DNA from: Acidobacteriota bacterium
GTDB taxonomy: Bacteria; Acidobacteriota; UBA890; WLXD01
Assembly (NCBI GenBank): GCA_963666215.2
Contig: CAXWPL010000004.1
Span: 864,001-928,000, forward strand
Length of the DNA: 64,000 bases
Direction: 5' to 3'
Positions 59,513-64,000 of the stretch are shown one piece after another. A program made the position numbers and the translations under genes. Below the pieces are notes generated by a model. It was not told the origin of the DNA and did not search any database. It worked only from the letters and a program-made list of their open reading frames with translations. Positions within the stretch are counted from its first letter, which is position 1, and every line of letters starts with the position of its first letter.

Positions 59513-60829
59513 ATGACCGACTCCGTCGATTCGCGCGCCCTCATCACGGCTCGCTCGCGCCCCTTGCGGGGATCGCTGTGCAAGCACCTCGTGGCGCTCG
59601 CTTGGAAGGAATGGCGCGACCAGAGGCGGATGGTGATTGCCGGAGTTTCCACCGTCATCGTGGTGCCTGTGATGTTGATTGCGAGCGGCGCGGTCACCGG
59701 CTCTTCGAGCACGTCTGTCGACATTCTACGGATAACGCGCTTCACCCTCGTCGCTCTCGTCTCGCCGCTGCTCGCCGCGGCCCTCGGCACCGTCGCCGTA
59801 GCGTCGGAACGGCGTAACTCGGTGTTCGCCTTCGTGCTCTCGCCACCGCTGAGTCGCAGCCGAGTCTGGGGCGTCAAGCTCTGCGTGGCCTCCCTTTGCT
59901 ACCTGGCCGTCATGCTGACGGCTTCCTTGGTGGTATCGACTTCCGACCTGCTCTCTGGAGCGACGCCGAGCTCGCTTGTGGCGGGCATTCTGTCTGGCGA
60001 GATGCCGACCGATCGTCTGTTGCCTGTGTACGCGGTTGGCGCGCCGATCCTGATGCTCGGCATGGCGATGATGTTCGCCACCTACCTGTCGAGCGTCGTC
60101 GCGGCGGCGGCGGCCACCGTCGCATCGGCAGGCGTTCTCCTGGTCTTGGTGTCGATCTACTGGACGCGTCTCGACTTCGTGACCGCGCTCGACGTGCCAA
60201 CGCTTGCACTGGAGCTTGCTGCGGGATCAGCGGCGGCGCTCTTGATTTCCTGGCGGCGGTTCCGCCGCGGCGACCTGCCTCAGCTTTCCGCCCGCCGCGG
60301 CGCCGGCGCCGGCGTCGTTTGCTGCCTGGTGGTCGCGCTCGCCGTATGTCTGGTCGGCCTGCCGACGCTGTGGGCTCACACCCGCCTGCCACTGGAGCGT
60401 GCGGTGTTCTCGCAGTTCGAGATCGTCCGCTTTCCGGTGCGCCTGATTGCGTTTCTCTGGGTCGGGTTCGCGACGTTGGCGCTGGCATTGGCTTCGATTG
60501 GACTCTACGGACTGGTGAGCTATGCGCAGGCGCGGCGTACCCGCGAGGTGGGCATTCGCATGTCGCTCGGCGCCGACTCACGGTCAGTGGTAGCTCTGCT
60601 CGTACGATCGGGCATGAAGCTCGTGGCCATCGGGTCGGCGATCGGGCTGGTGCTGGCGCTCGTCATGGGTCGCGTTCTGAGCGGCCTCCTGTACGGTGTT
60701 GGATCCTCCGATCCTGTCGCTCTGACTGGGGTCGTGCTGCTGCTCCTGGCCGTGGCGTTTGTCGCAGCGTGGGTGCCGGCCCGGCGAGCTAGCCGAGTCG
60801 ACCCGGTGCAGGCGCTGCGGTCCGAGTGA
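59513..60829 (+). CDS. Chimeric permease: ABC-2-type N-terminus fused to an ADOP/FtsX C-terminus
   Basis: AWKEWRDQR...ASERRNS...PLSRSRVWGVK, followed by IGLYGLVSY..ARRTREVGIRMSLGA...RVDPVQALRSE. Confidence 0.7.
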   Translation: MTDSVDSRALITARSRPLRGSLCKHLVALAWKEWRDQRRMVIAGVSTVIVVPVMLIASGAVTGSSSTSVDILRITRFTLVALVSPLLAAALGTVAVASERRNSVFAFVLSPPLSRSRVWGVKLCVASLCYLAVMLTASLVVSTSDLLSGATPSSLVAGILSGEMPTDRLLPVYAVGAPILMLGMAMMFATYLSSVVAAAAATVASAGVLLVLVSIYWTRLDFVTALDVPTLALELAAGSAAALLISWRRFRRGDLPQLSARRGAGAGVVCCLVVALAVCLVGLPTLWAHTRLPLERAVFSQFEIVRFPVRLIAFLWVGFATLALALASIGLYGLVSYAQARRTREVGIRMSLGADSRSVVALLVRSGMKLVAIGSAIGLVLALVMGRVLSGLLYGVGSSDPVALTGVVLLLLAVAFVAAWVPARRASRVDPVQALRSE

Positions 60830-60899
60830 GCCGATCGCTTACATCTCCGGCGCTGGGGCCCGGGCTACGCTAGCGATTCTTCGCTTCGTGTCCGCTGGC

Positions 60900-62600
60900 C
60901 TAGGGGGCCGTGTCGGCTCTGTGTGTGGAGAGCTCCGACGAGGCCCACGGCCGATTGCGGCCGAGACGATCCTCCGCAGCTTGGATCAGTCTGCGCAATC
61001 CGTGGCGCTTTGTCGCACTGATCGCGATCCCGTCGTACCGACTCTCGAGCGCCTCGACGAGCTCGGGCGACACCCGGTCGGCCTTGTTGAGCACCCGCAA
61101 GGTCGGGATCTTCGTCAGCTCGAGCTTCTCGAGCAGCCGCTCCACCGACTCACTTTTCTCGTGGATGCGCGCGTCTGAGGCGTCGGCAACATGCAGCAGT
61201 AGATCGGCGTCGGCGAGCTCCTCCAGCGTCGCGCGGAATGCCTCCACCAGATCCTGCGGCAGGTCGGAGATGAACCCCACGGTGTCGGTGATGATCACCT
61301 CACCCTCTCGGGGGAAGCGGAGGCGTCGGCTGGTCGGGTCGAGCGTCATGAACAGCTTGTCCTCGGCCGCCACCTCGCTGGAAGTGAGAGCGTTGAGAAG
61401 CGTGCTCTTGCCGGCGTTGGTGTAGCCGATGATTGACAGCACAGGCAGGCCTTGCCGCCGTCGCTGTCGGCGGCGAACGTCGCGTTGGCGCGAGAGCCGC
61501 TCGACACTTTTCTCGAGCTTGCGGATGCGATCGCGAATACGTCGCCGGCCGATCTCCAAAACGGTTTCGCCCGGCCCGCGCCCGCCGATTCCGCCGGTAA
61601 GCCGAGAGAGCCCGGCATCCTTTTCGGTGAGGCGCGGCAACGAGTAGCGCAACTGCGCCAGCTCCACCTGCAGCTTGCCGTCGCCGCTGCGGGCGCGCTG
61701 GGCGAAGATGTCGAGGATCAGCTGCGTACGATCGATGGCTTTGAGGCCGGTGGCATCCTCAAAGGCGCGTGCCTGAGCCGGCTTCAGGTCGATGTCGAAA
61801 ATCGCCACCGTGGCGCGCCGACGCATCGCGTCGAGCACGAGCTCTTGCAGCTTGCCGCTTCCCACTACGGTGCGCGGGTGAACGCGGCGTCGGCGTTGTC
61901 GCTTCACACCAGCAATCACGACGTCGGCCGAACGGACGAGATCGAGTGTTTCGTTGAAGTGATCGTCGTCGGAGCTCGTGCCGACGACCAGGGCGCGCTC
62001 AGCTTCGCCAGCGTGTGCAGCCCGGTCGACGATACGGGTGAACTCCTGCTCGAGCGCCTGAATCGTCGCCTGGAAGTCGAGATCGAGCTCGCCGACGCTG
62101 CGCGCTGTGATGCGCTCGAATGGGTCGCCGGTGAGCTCTGCCTCTAGATCGTCTCCGTCGACCGCCAGCGCCGCGGGATCGAGATACGCTACCTCCGCGC
62201 GGCCGGGCAGGCCGTCCTCCCGCGCCTCGACCATCGCCACCATGTCCAGGCGCAGCAGGGCCAGGTCGTTGAGGTCGTCGAGCGAGAGCGGCTCGCCACG
62301 CAGGTGTGTGTGTACGAGACGCAGCCCGCGAAAGCGGCCCTGACCACCGCGAAGCCGACCGATGTCAGGAAGCATCAGGCTGCTGGCATCACCAACGACG
62401 ACGTCGCGGACCACGCCTTCGCGTGATAGCAGCACGCCTACCTGGCGCCCGAGCTCGCGGGCGAGCTCGCACAAGTGGCGCGCCAGTTCTCGAGTGACAA
62501 CGCGGTCCGGATCTACCCGGCGGCGGTACGTCCGCTCGAGCGCGCGGCGCTGCGAGGCTTGCAGCCCCTGGACGTTGCCGTGAATCGGCTGGCGAGAGAT
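60900..62600 (-). CDS. hflX: GTPase HflX (long form), probable ATC start
   Basis: [30 protein letters not shown] and DTVGF. The open frame extends upstream of 62474 with [23 protein letters not shown]. Confidence 0.92.
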   Translation of the reverse strand: MSRQPIHGNVQGLQASQRRALERTYRRRVDPDRVVTRELARHLCELARELGRQVGVLLSREGVVRDVVVGDASSLMLPDIGRLRGGQGRFRGLRLVHTHLRGEPLSLDDLNDLALLRLDMVAMVEAREDGLPGRAEVAYLDPAALAVDGDDLEAELTGDPFERITARSVGELDLDFQATIQALEQEFTRIVDRAAHAGEAERALVVGTSSDDDHFNETLDLVRSADVVIAGVKRQRRRRVHPRTVVGSGKLQELVLDAMRRRATVAIFDIDLKPAQARAFEDATGLKAIDRTQLILDIFAQRARSGDGKLQVELAQLRYSLPRLTEKDAGLSRLTGGIGGRGPGETVLEIGRRRIRDRIRKLEKSVERLSRQRDVRRRQRRRQGLPVLSIIGYTNAGKSTLLNALTSSEVAAEDKLFMTLDPTSRRLRFPREGEVIITDTVGFISDLPQDLVEAFRATLEELADADLLLHVADASDARIHEKSESVERLLEKLELTKIPTLRVLNKADRVSPELVEALESRYDGIAISATKRHGLRRLIQAAEDRLGRNRPWASSELSTHRADTAP

Positions 62601-63031
62601 GACGAACGCTCCGCATTGGGAATGATTCGGCTAGCGCTGACGGATCGAGAGACCCGCGCCACATGGGGCACCGAGCGTAGCCGAGCGTCGACCGCGCCGC
62701 TCCCGCCGCTCCCGCAGCGAGGTCCGACCCGTAGTGTACGGCTGGGGGAGGGGCAGCGTGATCGCGGCGTCTGCCAGGCGGCGTAGGGCGCGGGCTCGCA
62801 GCGCCGCGTAGGCGATCAAGAACAGCACGAGCCCGATGCGCTTGGGCGTTGGCGGCCCGACGATGTCGCGTCGGCGGTTCGCCACGCGGCCGGGGCCTAC
62901 CACAGGTTGTGCGCGTGGACGGAGACGAACGGTCGACCTTCGCATTTGCAGAAGAAATATTGAACTATCGGGCTCGCGCTAGCGTCGCACGAAACAGAAC
63001 AGGACGACCGAAGCAGGAAAGGCCGCAGGCG

Positions 63032-63367
63032 ATGAAGGGTGACCATCTTGGAGAGCTCGAAGAGCTCGTGCTCCTGGCGGTCTACGGCATGGCCGACGAC
63101 CCGAACAGCACCTACGGCGTCACCGTTCACCAGCACATCGAGACCCTGACCGGCCGCGATTGCACTCTTGGCGCGATCTATTCGGCGCTCGAGCGTCTCG
63201 AGCGCAAAGCGTGCCTCGAGTCGCTGATCGCTGCCGCCACCGGCGAGCGCGGCGGTCGTAGGCGACGAGTTTTTGCGCTTACCGCCCGTGGTAAGCAAAC
63301 CTTGGACCGTGTTCGCGCCGGTCGTGACGCGATGTGGCAGGCAGCGGAGTTGGGCCGTGAGAGCTAG
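63032..63367 (+). CDS. PadR family transcriptional regulator
   Basis: LGELEELVLLA...YGVT...GAIYSALERLERK...ERGGRRRR. Confidence 0.88.
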   Translation: MKGDHLGELEELVLLAVYGMADDPNSTYGVTVHQHIETLTGRDCTLGAIYSALERLERKACLESLIAAATGERGGRRRRVFALTARGKQTLDRVRAGRDAMWQAAELGRES

Positions 63368-63699
63368 CGGCCTCGAGAACACAGACGCCGAGGGGCCGGT
63401 TCTATCAGATCGGTCGGCCGACGCCGACGCACGATCGCTGGCTCTTCCTCATGAATCGCGCTGGCTACTTCTCTGCCTCTGCGCGCCCCGTTATCGCGAC
63501 ATGGTTGGCGCCGAGATCGCACAGCTTTGTCGGTTGCGCGCGGTTCGCCACGGAGCCCGCCACGCTCGTTGGCGTTGTTTCCTCGACACCTTGAGCGTGG
63601 CGCGCACGGATGCGGCGCCGCATGCTCACGCGCATGAGCTCGCATTCAGATCGAACAACGGGCGGTGCCCGCTTTCCCGAAGAAGCAACGGAGATTCTC

Positions 63700-64000
63700 A
63701 TGAACTGGCTGCAAGACTTTCGCCACGCCGGCCGCTCCTTGATCAAGGCCCCCGGCTTCGCCGCAGTCGTGGTCATCACGCTCGGCCTCGCAATAGGCGC
63801 CAACACGGCGATCCTCAGCGTCGTCGACGGCGTTCTTCTGCGACCCCTTCCGTACGACGATCCCGGAGCCATCGTGGTGATTCAGGAGAATGGTCCGGAA
63901 AGCGAGGAAGGCCTCGGCGGAGTCGCTTCGCAACAGCTGTTCCTGAACTGGCGACAGCGTGGTCGCTCGCTCGAGCAGATCGCCATGTACTCGAGCCAGC
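63700..64000 (+). CDS. ADOP-type ABC permease, 5' part (runs off the window)
   Basis: Manual translation gives MNWLQDFRHAGRSLIKAPGFAAVVVITLGLAIGANTAILSVVDGVLLRPLPY. Confidence 0.88.
   Translation, partial: MNWLQDFRHAGRSLIKAPGFAAVVVITLGLAIGANTAILSVVDGVLLRPLPYDDPGAIVVIQENGPESEEGLGGVASQQLFLNWRQRGRSLEQIAMYSSQ

Noticed and set aside
62631-62945. Possible small membrane ORF upstream of hflX
   Set aside because: Only a short hydrophobic stretch; no RBS or family motif that I can support.

Overview
High-GC chromosomal window. Three PadR + 'ADOP'-type duplicated MacB/FtsX permease pairs, S9 peptidases, DUF1501/DUF1800 and a Thr-type sulfatase point to Acidobacteriota or a lineage with similar gene content (inference). 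Most of the window is housekeeping or accessory genes: MBOAT, amidohydrolases, pyrF, peroxiredoxin, a TRAP/TAXI transporter, tadA, hflX, a porin, tRNA-Ser(CGA) and tRNA-Arg(ACG). It also holds several gene remnants and two identical 1325-bp IS5-family copies inserted at CTAG. The standout is a 5622-bp integrated plasmid-like circle at 35229-40855, with rep, origin, parA/RHH, a toxin-antitoxin pair and IS256, but no integrase. It is circularly permuted inside its own repA-like gene and flanked by a 5-bp TTGAA direct repeat. It sits in the loop of a perfect chromosomal hairpin, so excision on paper rebuilds both the hairpin and the rep reading frame. Its genes are separated by recurring 8-mer palindromic boxes. 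All family assignments come from recognising motifs by eye; no database searches were run.
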